Source of the DNA: a virus
Lineage: Duplodnaviria > Caudoviricetes
Length of the DNA: 64,000 nucleotides
Strand: one strand, 5' to 3'
IMG/VR virus record: IMGVR_UViG_3300013426_000017
Span: 1 to 64,000 of that record
The notes under the pieces were generated by a model, which was not told where the DNA came from, made no database searches, and saw nothing but the letters and a program-made list of their open reading frames with translations. A program made the translations under genes and the position numbers. This document shows positions 12,220 through 23,828 of this stretch, in pieces (position 1 is the stretch's first letter; every line of letters starts with the position of its first letter).

Positions 12220-15200
12220 TTAGTTATATAATTTCGCCCAATCAGACGCTTTAAACTTTTTCTTTTTCTTGCGCCCAGAATCTTCAATTTGCTTAACATA
12301 ATACATCGCATATTCAAAACTTGAGAATTTATCCTTTTTGATACTCTTATTTGCTTGCTTAAGTATAATATTTAATCCTTCATTTTCTTCACGCAAATTC
12401 AACATTTCTTCTCTTAATACACCAGTCAGTGTATAGGGAATCAAGTATTCTTTACGTTCTTCTGGGCTCATATTCTTGCCTTTAGTTGTATTTAATAGTT
12501 TCTATTTCGCCACACGTTCATCAATTAAAAATTGAATTTTATTCGCATTCAACCATGTCTGAGTGATTGAATGGGCCTCCGTGTTAATCGGCGCATTTGC
12601 CTTAATTAAATACATGGCGTTATCTTCACAAATATCAGAACGATACTTCTTATATTCATCTTCCCAACCATCAAATGTCGCATCATACACACCAAAATCA
12701 GGTAGGGTGTCGCCAGTAATCGGGTCTAGCTGCGATTTAACCATGTAGTCAACCAAACCAACACCAAGGCCATTGGCGTCGATTACTAGACGTTGAGCTT
12801 TGTATTTATAGTATAGTTTCTTAAATTGGATAGCTTGATCTTCAAAATGCATATCATTGTAAGTATAAATATTTACTAATGATTTAATGGCACCGCCCAT
12901 AGATTGAGGTATTACCTTTACTACAGTCGCCACGCTATCACAACCACGTCGGCCCACGTCTATAGAAATTACATAATAACTCTAAATAGATGTGCGACCT
13001 GAATGTTCATACTCAGGCTTTTGCAATTTTCGACTGCGGTCAAAGATCTCGCCATCGAAGAATGCGTTCTCCGAAGTCCCTGACCAGACCGATTCCACTG
13101 TCTTACGACGCTTCGCTAGCGTCTCTCTGGCTTTCGCCAGAAGGTGAGACTATATCTTCAGCATATCTCCATATATAACCTTTATAACTTTTTATTTTCC
13201 CTCTACAGCATTCCCCAATATGAGAACTTGCTTTAACACCGATCGCTTTTGCGGCAATTCCAGTTGAAGGATACTGCATAATAAACTTGCCCTTTAGATC
13301 ATATTGATTAACCACTTTTGCTTTACCAGTATTTTTATAATCACGCGTGGCGCCAAGCTCTTTTTCACGCGACCAATAAAATCCGCCAGTTAATGCCTTT
13401 GTATCTTTATTGAGTTCTTGAAGAATTAAACCTTTATTCAAATTGACTGCCTTTGCAGCATCCGCTGCATTTAGATATTCTGCAACCAACTTTTTGTCTT
13501 TAGTAAAACAAAATACGTGTTCAAATTGACGCAAGCCCGTCTGAATGGCATGCTGCTGATTCTCTTCTTGAGATACCCACTCGAGATTATCTACGCAATT
13601 ATTTAGCTTATTGCCATCAAGATGATTAATCTAATTTTTCTTGGGATCACTATTGGGAATAAATGCTGCCGCAACTAATCGATGCGCCAAGCATCTTTTT
13701 TTACTCCCATCGGGCATGGTTAAATTATACGAAAAATATCCATTCTTATAATTTTCCTAGCCCTTCAAATACTTATTAGTCTTTGAATTATAGCATTTTC
13801 CCTCTTCGGTTATATAATACGAGGTCCGAATGTTATCAATAATAATTTCTTTCACAAATAACAATCACCTTTCTTTATAATGCTGTATTGCACTGGCCAA
13901 CGCATTGTTGGCTCTTAGTCGTTGAACTTTCCCCTATTCGGGGCTTAGCTGCTGATTGCCCAATTTGCTTGATTTTTAAACTTTCACACTTAGCTTTATT
14001 TCAAACTTATGTTGTAGTTCAGGCAACTCTCAGGGTATCCCAGCAATTCACAATATTTAATGAATACAAAATCTTATATTCTCGGTCAAACGACGCTTCA
14101 TTGAAGGTACCATCCTTTTGTTGGTCAGCTAAGAAGCTCCTCGGTTGCAAGCCCGCCAAAACGGGAATACGCCACGTTCCGCCGAGTATAAATGCTTTTT
14201 CTGGTTCTGTGACCATCCAAACTAAAAACTGTATTAATTTATCGTATGCATATGTGCTTTTCCAGCCCGCCGTTGTTCTTGTATGTTCTAGAAAGTTCGC
14301 TAGACTTTCTACGGAATTATATCCAGCTGCATATCCCTATGCAGAACAGACTATATCATACCCTTCAACATTATTTGGTCAGGGCCCTACTGCTTCGACT
14401 CGCTTGAGCCTACTCCCTTTCAGGATAGTCGTTGAACGTTCTTCTAGATAACAATAATCTAGAAGCTTCGCTGCGGATTACCTGTTCTAGGCCTCCCCGC
14501 AATTCAATAGGTTTGCTATATTAATTTCTTAATATAGTCACCCATTAGACTTCCTAATAATTTAGAAAATTATTTATTCTATATTATTATCTTTTGTCCA
14601 ATGTTTTTGATGAAAATTTGGCTCTGATTTAAAGGTTCTTCTGGATGCATACTACCATCCATACAAATACGAGAAACGTTCATAGTGGGAATAATAACCG
14701 ATTGCAAAATCTCACCATCAACGCCAACACACTCTTCTACTAGTCCAGCATGACGACGTTTACCACGAGAACTTTCTCTGGCGGCAATATTATCAAAAAA
14801 CGAACCATTTTTAAACATATAAATACAATAATCTTTTGATTTTCGCGTTCGACCCGGCCGCAAATCTAATTCACGCTCAAATGCCGGAACCAAACTACAA
14901 ATTTCTTCGACCTTTTCTGTGATAATACCTGCGGCTTGTTGCTTCCCGCCCGCCGTTACGAACAGCTTAGAGCGGGGGTATAAAATACATTTCAACATTA
15001 ATGTCAAAATAGATAAGAATGATTTAGAATAAGCCATTTTTCTTCCATTTAGGACGCTACTCCTAAAAGCGCTATAATAATTAGCTGCTTTATGTTACCA
15101 TAAAGATGAGACTATATCTTCACCCTAATAATTAGGGGCCTACCTTTTCGAGCATCAAACACTTATGCCCTACTCTCTTTCGAGATAGTCGTTGAACTTT

Positions 15201-15601
15201 TTTTATTAAAGGTATTTTTACACTCTGCTTTTCTCTCATATTTTTCTCCTTTAATAAAACTTAGCTGCTGATTGTCCTAAATAGGATGTCCCAGCAATTA
15301 GATAGGTTCTTATGTTACATTACTGTAACAACCCGCAACTTTTTTCACGGGGAAATGTCATATAGACATATTTATAGCGCATTGCAACCCTTATAAAACA
15401 TCTCTAATAAAAATAAAATTCAAGACGATGCTCTCTGGTGGGGTCGCCACCATCTTGTAAAAAGTCAACAAACATGTCAGGGTATTCACGCCAATAGGCA
15501 ATATACTATCGTAATATTGGTAAAATGGCGTGAATACGCTCTTCAGATAGGCCAACTTTTTTTCGGACTGAGGCGGAATCTAATAAATCTTTTAATGCCA
15601 T
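12220..15601 (-). CDS. terL: Terminase large subunit, 4 exons (15601-15347, 15034-14610, 14277-14076, 13095-12220), 3 TAG
   Basis: Spliced junctions give FPR/AYSKSF, SQIFI/TTAG, FDREY/ESVWSG; RNase H-like SIDVGR, IDANGLG, KDKFSS. Confidence 0.9.
13096..14075 (-). mobile_element. Group I intron 3 of terL carrying an HNH endonuclease
   Basis: P1 GAATAT/GTATTC, CAACGACTA and GAAGATATAGTC core, terminal G. Confidence 0.9.
13103..13855 (-). CDS. Intron-encoded HNH homing endonuclease with NUMOD1-like repeats (2 TAG)
   Basis: GTG start with RBS; AHRLVAAAF..INHLDGNKLNNCVDNLEWVS; GYIWRY repeats. Confidence 0.85.
14278..14609 (-). mobile_element. Group I intron 2 of terL (no ORF)
   Basis: CAACGACTA and GATATAGTC core; removal restores IFITTAG. 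Confidence 0.88.
15035..15346 (-). mobile_element. Group I intron 1 of terL (no intact ORF)
   Basis: P1 CCCGT/GCGGG, CAACGACTA and GAAGATATAGTC, terminal G. Confidence 0.9.
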
Positions 15602-17642
15602 TATGATTCCTCCTCACCTAATAACTTTTTAATAGTTAAATTATCTTGTTCTTCTAACTCGTCTTCAAAATCTTGAAAATCTTGATAATCTTCAGTGGTG
15701 CGATCATGCTTAACTTCTTGGAATAATTCATCCTCAAGCCTAGACTCATCGCCCGCAGCCTCGGCCGCGCCACTAGCTTCTTTAGCTTTATCTCGCTCAA
15801 TTTGAGTAATAGCGTTTTCCAGTAGGTTACTCAAATTGGTTTCTTCCATAATCAAGCGGTATGTATAGGATTGCATATCTTGTAATACGCGATCAACTTT
15901 ATCTTGAGGACCATCAGTATAATAACGAGGAATAAATCCTTGTGTTTCGCAGATGGCAACTAATTCAGAAATTGAGTCTACATATTCGCCTTTGTCTATC
16001 TTGTTTTGAGCGGCGGTGCATTTAAACCCAATGTTTCCACTGGAACTGACTATCTCTTACTTGATATAAAATCAAGGAAACCTTTTCGAGCTATGTGCCA
16101 ATAATAGCCCTACTCCTGCGCCCAGAAGGCAAACAGGATAGTCGATACAGCTTCAATTATTCTTCATATTTCCAAATATAACCTTGAGAAGTTCTACTTT
16201 TTCCCGATAAACAATAAGCAATAGCTCGATATTTATTTTCATTCCCTAAAAATCGAGCCGCCTCTCGTGTGCTTCCAAATTTTTTTTTTAAAATTTTCAT
16301 AGAAGAAATATCAATCATTAAAATAATCTTATGACATTTAGGGTTATTAATCCCTAAATTTGCCTTTTTTAATTTTAACTTTCCTTCTTCAGAAATGCCT
16401 TTATCAGAAAAGCCTGCTGTTGAAAGATTGTATCCATTAGGAGCTAAGGAATTGTAAAAATTAATATAATATTTTTCTTTTATGCCAATTTCTTTTTTCG
16501 GTAAATTATTTTCGATAATTTCTAGAGAAAAATTTTCTTTTCCATACTTTTCTTTAGCCTTATATAATAATTCTTTTTTGTTTGAAAAATGTTCATTAAA
16601 TCTAATTTTTGGATCTCTACTGGTTATTCCTATATAAATTTTATTATTAATTAAATTAGTAATTTTATAAACATAAAACATTTTATACCAATCTTACCTC
16701 CTTTTAAAATATAAAGAACAAAAGTTTACCACGGGATTACCATGCTCACACTAATGAGTTTAGGTTTCCCCGTTAGCCCACGCATAGCAGACCCCGGTGG
16801 CTACCGGCAAAGTTTTTCATACTCCACAAATCGAAGTTACCGCTCTTCATCAAGTCGTTATAGACCTTGCTCATCTTTTGGAATCCTTCAACATCTCCAA
16901 GATCGACTAATTGGTTACACTTCAATGATGTCTTACAAATCATCTTCAAAGTATCAATGTGTCCAGCAGTTTGAATATCATAGGATTCCATCATATCATT
17001 ATATAATTTTTCAAGCTATACCCATTCTTCAGGTTTATATAATTTGCCCCATTTAACTGACAAATACAACACGTCATCATCAGTTAACCCTAGTTCCGTA
17101 GCAGTCATGGCTGGTGCGCCCATGATCCCATCGTATGGAGAATTCATTTCAATTGGCGCGGCCGGTGGCGGAGGAGGGGTATCAACGCCGCCAGTAGGAG
17201 CGTCATAGATAGTTTTTTGCACCGCTTGGTCAATATCAGGGGCGCCATATCCTTGAGCTTTCATTTGGGTGCGCAACTCAGTTTCTGCTTTTTCTTTAAA
17301 ATAACTGGTGTCTGCCCATCTATAATCTGCATACTACTTTAACTTCATCTTAGACAGATAGCGCCCCACAATAGTGGTTCCAGTAACCTTGGAACGATCT
17401 TTAGTGTATTTCGCCATTAGGTCATTCCATTCTTTTGGAACCCAAGGGACATCGCAGTCCTCAAGAATCCACAAGTAGGTGTCGGGATTCCAATTATCTA
17501 CGTGCATTGTTGTGCATTTTTTGCACATACTTTGGTAGCCGTTTGGATGCTTTTCAAGATTATTACTTTTATAAAAATTTTCAGCACTTAATACCTTGCT
17601 ACATTTCTCACAATAAATTGACTTAGTAATTTTTTCAGCCAT
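15601..17642 (-). CDS. Zn-finger protein upstream of terL (possible small terminase), exons 17642-16834 and 16018-15601, 2 TAG
   Basis: Four ORF fragments join via TAGs and splice KSGNF/TAAQNK; N-terminal CxxC..CxxC. Confidence 0.7.
16019..16833 (-). mobile_element. Group I intron carrying a GIY-YIG endonuclease
   Basis: Exon ends in U, core ATCGACTA and AGAGATAGTC, terminal G, frame restored. Confidence 0.88.
16157..16681 (-). CDS. Intron-encoded GIY-YIG homing endonuclease
   Basis: YVYKITNLINNKIYIG..R..EH..E..PNGYN; C-terminal GYIWKY. Confidence 0.9.
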   Translation of the reverse strand: MFYVYKITNLINNKIYIGITSRDPKIRFNEHFSNKKELLYKAKEKYGKENFSLEIIENNLPKKEIGIKEKYYINFYNSLAPNGYNLSTAGFSDKGISEEGKLKLKKANLGINNPKCHKIILMIDISSMKILKKKFGSTREAARFLGNENKYRAIAYCLSGKSRTSQGYIWKYEE

Positions 17643-17700
17643 TTATTTTTCACATCCTTTCATATGGTAGTAAAAATGGCGCCGGCCGCTTTTCCGGGCA

Positions 17701-18780
17701 TTATATCTGCGGTTTACGATCTCTAGACCGGGCTTCGCCATACTTTTTATTTCGGCAAGTCTTACAGATAGAATAATAACCATCCTTGCTAGTTTTATTT
17801 AGGCTAAAATATTTAGGATGCGCCAACTTGATTTCGCCACAACGAGAACATTTTTTGTAGATGCCGGGTGCTTCCATGGTATAATACCAAGTGAGGTATT
17901 CATCTTCGGCACATGAGGCGATTAGATTAGGAATCTTTTTGCGCCATAGTGCGGAAATATATTCAAGAGAGTGTTTGATACCAAATTCTTTTTGGAGTGT
18001 TAACTATATCTCACTATTAGATTTACCATCAATTTTTTCTTCCACAAGTCGCATTAGCAGAGGGTGAGGCGCCAAAGCCTTATCGCATACTTTTTCAAAA
18101 TCATAAATTAAATACCATACATCGCCTTCAAAATCTTCATAGCTATCTTGTTTTAATTTCGAATAATTACAGAGGACAGCAGATACCACTTTGGGATCTA
18201 TTAGAGTAATGCCTTGTGGTATTGGATAGCCATCTTCGTCAAAATCTTTAGTTAGATCATCGAGAGCTATGCGATTTTTGCTACGTGTTAATTTCTACAT
18301 TACTATGGGACGACGATAGGCGTTTTTAATAATGTATTGGTCCTTGCGCAAATCGATGAGGGTTTGTTTGATAATATAGGCTTCCCGACCTTCTGCGGTT
18401 TTGGAGCGAGCTTCCCACATATTAATGGCTTGGCGCAGTTGGGCTAGTAAGGGAATTTCTTCTAGGTCTTTTTGAGTAATTGAGACTTTAGGTTGGAATA
18501 TTACATGCTTGTCTTCGGTAATTAGATTGTAGATGCCATCTTCGCCATTCTCAAATTGGCCAACAAGCCCTTCAAATGAAGTCTCTCGTTTATTTACTGT
18601 GCTCATGCGATTTTCAGTAAGGATACGTTTTTCTTTACGCTCTTGTTTTTCCATGCATAGGATGAGATAATCAGCTAAAATTTCTAAATATTTTTCAGTA
18701 GGTTCAGGCGTTTCCGCCAAAATCTATTTAACTAATTCGTTTCTATCTTCTGGATTCGCCAATGAATAGTCTAGCTTTAT
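17701..18780 (-). CDS. Putative DNA-binding protein with HTH-like region and C-terminal Zn finger (3 TAG, probable ATA start)
   Basis: GGAGGTGA RBS then ATA; one frame to TAA 17701; CSRC..CKTC. Confidence 0.65.
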
Positions 18781-18919
18781 TTTTCTCACCTCCTTAATTT
18801 TTTCTCATAATGCTATATTAACAAAAATTTTTTACTATGTCAAGCCCTATGGAAAGAAATATTGACAAAAAATAAAAAATTTTATATAATAATTATAGTA
18901 AAAGAAAAGAGGAAAAACA

Positions 18920-19348
18920 ATGAAATGGATTAATAAAATTAAAAACTGGTGGCGCCATCTGTTTAAAAAAGATAGTGTAGAGGAACAAGTAGAGCAGGCA
19001 TTAAATAAATTTGCTACTCAACTATTCCGCATGGCGAAACCGGTTAATACTTATAAAGATGCTATTGTAATACAAGATACTCTAGAAGGAGATTGGGGCG
19101 ATATCTGGGATTTTTCATTGTGGGAAAGCAAGGGAATTATTGGATGGACAATGATAGACCATTGGGGCCCATTTAATCCTGAAGATTATGAAGACCCGGA
19201 AAAAGCATATCAGATATATAAAGAAGCCATGGAAAAACCGAAGATTATGATTACTAATGTATATGAGTATGAAGATGGAACGTACGGAATAAATATGGAA
19301 AATAGAACAGATTTGTGGTTTCACGATGGACATTGGTATTTGGTTTGA
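18920..19348 (+). CDS. Hypothetical protein
   Basis: TTGACA/TATAAT promoter, RBS, 142 aa. Confidence 0.7.
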   Translation: MKWINKIKNWWRHLFKKDSVEEQVEQALNKFATQLFRMAKPVNTYKDAIVIQDTLEGDWGDIWDFSLWESKGIIGWTMIDHWGPFNPEDYEDPEKAYQIYKEAMEKPKIMITNVYEYEDGTYGINMENRTDLWFHDGHWYLV

Positions 19349-19425
19349 TTTTCCGCTACGCTACAAATCAAACCAAATACCTAAAAGTGGTTTGATTTTC
19401 CGCTATAAATTAAATCAAATACCTA
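19335..19425. repeat. Long inverted repeat plus partial direct copy
   Basis: GGTATTTGGTTTGATTT...AAATCAAACCAAATACC hairpin; GGTTTGATTTTCCGCTA repeated. Confidence 0.7.
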
Positions 19426-19862
19426 AAAGGAAAAATATAAATAATAATAATAAAGGAGAATAAAGATGATTTGGAGTATATTTTGTTTTGTATTCGTTAT
19501 AGTTATGGTAATTAGTTATACAACAAGATAAGAAATGATTTGGTGTTTATCGTATCTGAAAACTAAAAATTCATTTGGTGTTTTTTGTGACCAGACAAAA
19601 ACTTTCCTAATATTTCCATTTTTTTATTTCCCACAATACACCCCCCATTAACATTTTCTACCAAAAAATACTACCAACTATTGCCAGTGGAGGCTTCCAA
19701 TGTCTGCCAGCTCGAGCGCACACCGCGCCATAAACCCCCCAATAATTGCCAACATAGTCTGTTAAAAACTTGACAAAATAATCGTTAAAATTTTTCTTGA
19801 CATTTCACCAAAAGCGATTATAATGATAATTGTAAATCATTTTTTGTAAGGGAGAAATTAAA

Positions 19863-20021
19863 ATGTTAGCTTTTGTTATTCTATTCATTACTTTTGTGGC
19901 GGCGTTTGGTGCAGGTGCTTTGTGCGTGCTTTTCAGACATGATTTTAAAATCGCACGGTTCTTCGGTTTACTTTCATCAATCAATTTTATTGTGTCTATG
20001 GCAATAGGCGCATTTCATTAA
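19863..20021 (+). CDS. Small membrane protein (52 aa)
   Basis: Promoter, RBS GGGAG, two hydrophobic segments. Confidence 0.6.
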   Translation: MLAFVILFITFVAAFGAGALCVLFRHDFKIARFFGLLSSINFIVSMAIGAFH

Positions 20022-20438
20022 TTGAATTTGTTAATCAGGACTTGCCACAATTGGTAAGTCCTTTTTAAATGTCTTGTAATGCGTTGTAAGCGGTTTTTGA
20101 ATGTGGCGAGGGTAAGTATACCATGAGACAATAAAAGGGCCTGTGAAGGCGCTCAGTCGTGTGAGGCGTGATAAGCTGTCAAGACGCTAATTAGCTCAAA
20201 CAATACTATTGTAGATTTTTGCGCAACACACAAACGCTTGTTAAACATTTAACAAACATCCTAAAACCACAAGAACGCACATTGTTAGTTAATTAACAAA
20301 CAATCGCTAAAGTAACTATAATACAGCCACTAAAAAAACTTTAAAAAACTTGCAAAAAACTGTTGACAAATCGCCCGGGCGGTGCTATACTCTAACCATG
20401 GAAAACAAAAACACACCAACAATTTGGAGGTAACAACA

Positions 20439-20693
20439 ATGGAGCGTTGGACGATTAAATCATACGATGAGCGAGGCAAACAGATAGAATTTGCGCAGGC
20501 CTATTGGTCAGGCGATGCAAGAGACCTTGAAGAGACGCTCTATATACTTTATGAGATAGAGCCAAAGCATAGACATTGGATAGAGCAAATGCAGGCAATT
20601 AATTTTGCAGGGTTTACCTATCATGGATGCTATGATATGGGAGTGTATCTCGACTACAACACTAACACAATAAAGGTTATGGACATTGCCTAA
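20439..20693 (+). CDS. Hypothetical early protein
   Basis: GGAGG RBS before ATG 20439. Confidence 0.65.
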   Translation: MERWTIKSYDERGKQIEFAQAYWSGDARDLEETLYILYEIEPKHRHWIEQMQAINFAGFTYHGCYDMGVYLDYNTNTIKVMDIA

Positions 20694-20728
20694 TATAGGC
20701 AGTGTCCAGTATATGGGAGGATAACACA

Positions 20729-21037
20729 ATGATTAACATTCGCACTATTCGCAAGCTCACCAATAACGACGGTTTAACACTGAAAGCGGGCAAGCCCATT
20801 AGATATAAAAGTGGGTGGCAGGTAGCCACATATGGCATACAGTGCGCCACAGCAGAAGAGGCTATAAAGGCAGTGAGACGCTATAATGGTAATTGTGGCA
20901 TATGGCTTGAAAATGGCATCTACTATATCGACGAAAGTTTCAGAGTATCAACCAAAAGGGAAGCAATGGAAATAGGTAGGGCACACAATCAAATATCGGT
21001 GCTCAAGTGGGCGAATATGACACTTGCATATTGCTAA
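20729..21037 (+). CDS. Hypothetical early protein
   Basis: GGAGG RBS before ATG 20729. Confidence 0.7.
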   Translation: MINIRTIRKLTNNDGLTLKAGKPIRYKSGWQVATYGIQCATAEEAIKAVRRYNGNCGIWLENGIYYIDESFRVSTKREAMEIGRAHNQISVLKWANMTLAYC

Positions 21038-21073
21038 GTCTTTAGTGAGTTAAAGAAAATGGAGGACATAAAA

Positions 21074-21430
21074 ATGGATATTAATTTTGATAGCAAATGG
21101 ATAGAAAGACCGGAAGATTTTTACATCATGGCAAATATTCATTACTATGACAAATGGGATATGTGTAGCATTGAAGAAGATATAGAATATAATGATATAG
21201 ATACCTATATTGAAGAGCTGATAGAAAATGATTGCACGGTTAGCAATATTGATTATTACATGGTCGATATGCTTGCAAGTAATGAAGATAAACCAGAAGA
21301 GTTAAACGACGGCACAATTAAAGAAGTAGAAAAACTATTGTCCGCCTTACAATTACGGCGTTCAGTTAATATATGGAAGCATAATCATCCTAACACATAC
21401 ACAAAAAATCAACTTTATTCAATATTTTAA
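21074..21430 (+). CDS. Acidic hypothetical early protein
   Basis: GGAGG RBS; D/E-rich. Confidence 0.65.
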   Translation: MDINFDSKWIERPEDFYIMANIHYYDKWDMCSIEEDIEYNDIDTYIEELIENDCTVSNIDYYMVDMLASNEDKPEELNDGTIKEVEKLLSALQLRRSVNIWKHNHPNTYTKNQLYSIF

Positions 21431-22091
21431 TGAAGGTAATAAAAATGTATGGTGTAACATGGACAGAATTAGGAATATACCATGAACAAAATTTTTTCAA
21501 TCTTGATGCGGCAAAAGTGTTTGCCAAATGGGTAGATAATGAATGTATTATAGATGTAGCCAGTCTATATATACTTGATGATAATGATAATATAATTTGT
21601 AAATATTGAGCGGTAATAATAAAGCCGCTCAATATTTTATGTGGCGCGGCATCGTTCCAAATTGTAAATAACTGTCAGTTGCCGTAGTTTGTGAAATATT
21701 TAACAATAGCAATTTTTGGCGACGCCACATTGTTATTTTTTTGACAATCAAATGTCCCGAAACTCGGGCTTTGTTAAAAAATAAATTTATACAAAATTTG
21801 AATTGATTATTTGTGCAAATTAACGAATAAAAAAGTGCTGATTTGGAAGATTTTAGTCTTGCAATTGGGCGTATAGTATGGTAATATAGTATCATCAAGG
21901 AACGGAGGAAATTCAAATGGAATATCTAATTTATCTCAATAATGAGCCAGTTCGCCGTATAAATGGCGATGATGCCGCAGGTGCTATATATGCCGATATA
22001 TGCTCACTTGCTGATTTATTTCATTGTTCGGCAAGCATATGCAATGCAAGCAACAACATGATACTTGATTACCATAGGAGAGATAAATAAA

Positions 22092-22340
22092 ATGAAAAAA
22101 TTATATAAAAAATATCGTATTACAACTAAAATTAAAAACGGATTACTTATCGCTTTTCTTGTAGCTGCTGTGAGCTTAGCACTTTTCCGCCCTATCTTGT
22201 ATAACAACGGTGTATGCCTTAAGTGTGGCGGGCATTATGCAATTGTCCACGAATCGTTTATAGACGGTACTGCATATGTAAATGTAGAATGTAACAACTG
22301 CGGCAATGAAATTTATATGCTGCCCAATTTTTTTGTGTAA
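22092..22340 (+). CDS. Membrane-anchored Zn-ribbon protein
   Basis: TM segment then CxxC..CxxC. Confidence 0.6.
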   Translation: MKKLYKKYRITTKIKNGLLIAFLVAAVSLALFRPILYNNGVCLKCGGHYAIVHESFIDGTAYVNVECNNCGNEIYMLPNFFV

Positions 22341-22816
22341 CAAAGGGAATAAAAAATAAAAATGCCGATTGAAATATATCGGCATTTTTCATAAAAATTT
22401 TTTATTTTTTGTGCATTTTGCCTATTGACAAATATGGCGCGGCATGGTATAATTTGGCCGGTCGCGCGCGGCCCTTGCGCGACCGAAATTTGTTAAAAAT
22501 TTAACAATCCAATTTTTTCCAGCACTTTCACGTGCTAAAGTGCTAACATGCTAAATCCCTAAATAACGGTTTAAAATCATAGATTGTTAGTTATTTAACT
22601 AACTACTTCAACGATTTAAAGTGGGAAACAAGATTGTTAAAAAATAAATTTGCACAAACTCTTAATTCCTGATTTGTGCAATTTACACAATCCCCTTGTG
22701 AATGATGCACAAAAAAGCCCGTTCAAAAAAGCTTATTTTTGTGCATTTTACCGCTTGATTTCTGCGTAAATGCGAGTATAATAATAGATGTAATCAAGAT
22801 TAGGAAGTGACATTAA

Positions 22817-23248
22817 ATGCGTATTCAGAAATTCAGCCATGTATCTACTTTGTCAAATGCTGGTCAGGCGGCTCAGCAAAATCTGGATTTTGCCCTAACT
22901 GGTAAAATCCGCAAGCCCGACCATGTGCCGTTTGATATAGATAGTGATATACCGGAACATGGTATTTCTGTCAAGTCCGCCCGCTTTACGCTTGTGAGCG
23001 CAAGTGCATTGACTGCAACGACTTTCGAAGGTCAAATTGCCGAATACGCTGAACGTGTTCATTCTCGTGAAATAGCATATGTTACCAAATCTGATGTAGC
23101 ATATATTATGACTCTGCCAGAATTTGTAACTTTCTGCACTCTGTTTTGCACAATGCAGAAAGAAAGCGAGAAGAACGGCGGCGGCTATAAGGTTCGTTGC
23201 AAAAGTGAAAGCAAGAAAATGTTGGCATGGTTTGAGGCTCACATATGA
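22817..23248 (+). CDS. Hypothetical early protein
   Basis: Promoter plus 143 aa ORF. Confidence 0.7.
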   Translation: MRIQKFSHVSTLSNAGQAAQQNLDFALTGKIRKPDHVPFDIDSDIPEHGISVKSARFTLVSASALTATTFEGQIAEYAERVHSREIAYVTKSDVAYIMTLPEFVTFCTLFCTMQKESEKNGGGYKVRCKSESKKMLAWFEAHI

Positions 23249-23300
23249 GCCTTGACCACGCCCTACTAAATCAAAATATTAAAAAAGGAAGGTATCCAAA

Positions 23301-23582
23301 ATGTATTATGTAATTAATGGTTCATATGGCGGCTATAGTGTTCCCGCTGAGGTTCGTGCGATGCTTAATTGCGGTATGTTTGATGAAGATGCTCGTTCTA
23401 ATTTCCAGTTTGTGCGTTGGGTCATGGAGCATCCCAATGCAACTGACCTTGAAGTGGTAGAGATACCCGAATATGCCACTGATTGGGAGCTGGATGAATA
23501 TGACGGCTTTGAATCAGTCATTGCCGTTGTTAATGGGCATATAGTTCACCTTGACCCACTCAGTCCTGAGGACTTTATATAA
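23301..23582 (+). CDS. Hypothetical phage protein
   Basis: VINxxYGGY..VVEIP..EYDGFE pattern; RBS. Confidence 0.7.
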   Translation: MYYVINGSYGGYSVPAEVRAMLNCGMFDEDARSNFQFVRWVMEHPNATDLEVVEIPEYATDWELDEYDGFESVIAVVNGHIVHLDPLSPEDFI

Positions 23583-23828
23583 GTCCTCGGAAAAATAAAG
23601 CTTGACAAGCTCCCGCTCATATGCTATAATGAATAATGTCAGGAGGACATAAAAAATGGAAATTATCAGTTGGTTTCTCGCATTAGTTTTCGGAATATAT
23701 GGAATGGTAAAGCTATTTATAGGCTTGTATTACCATGACAATCCAAAAGCATATAAGGAATACCGTAAGCGTCAAAAGGAAAAAGACCCCGCAATATGGT
23801 GGGAAGATTAAGGAAGAAATAAATAACC

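Noticed and set aside
1-18780. Late genes as pseudogenes
   Set aside because: Every break is TAG or a clean group I intron; no frameshifts, TAA or TGA.
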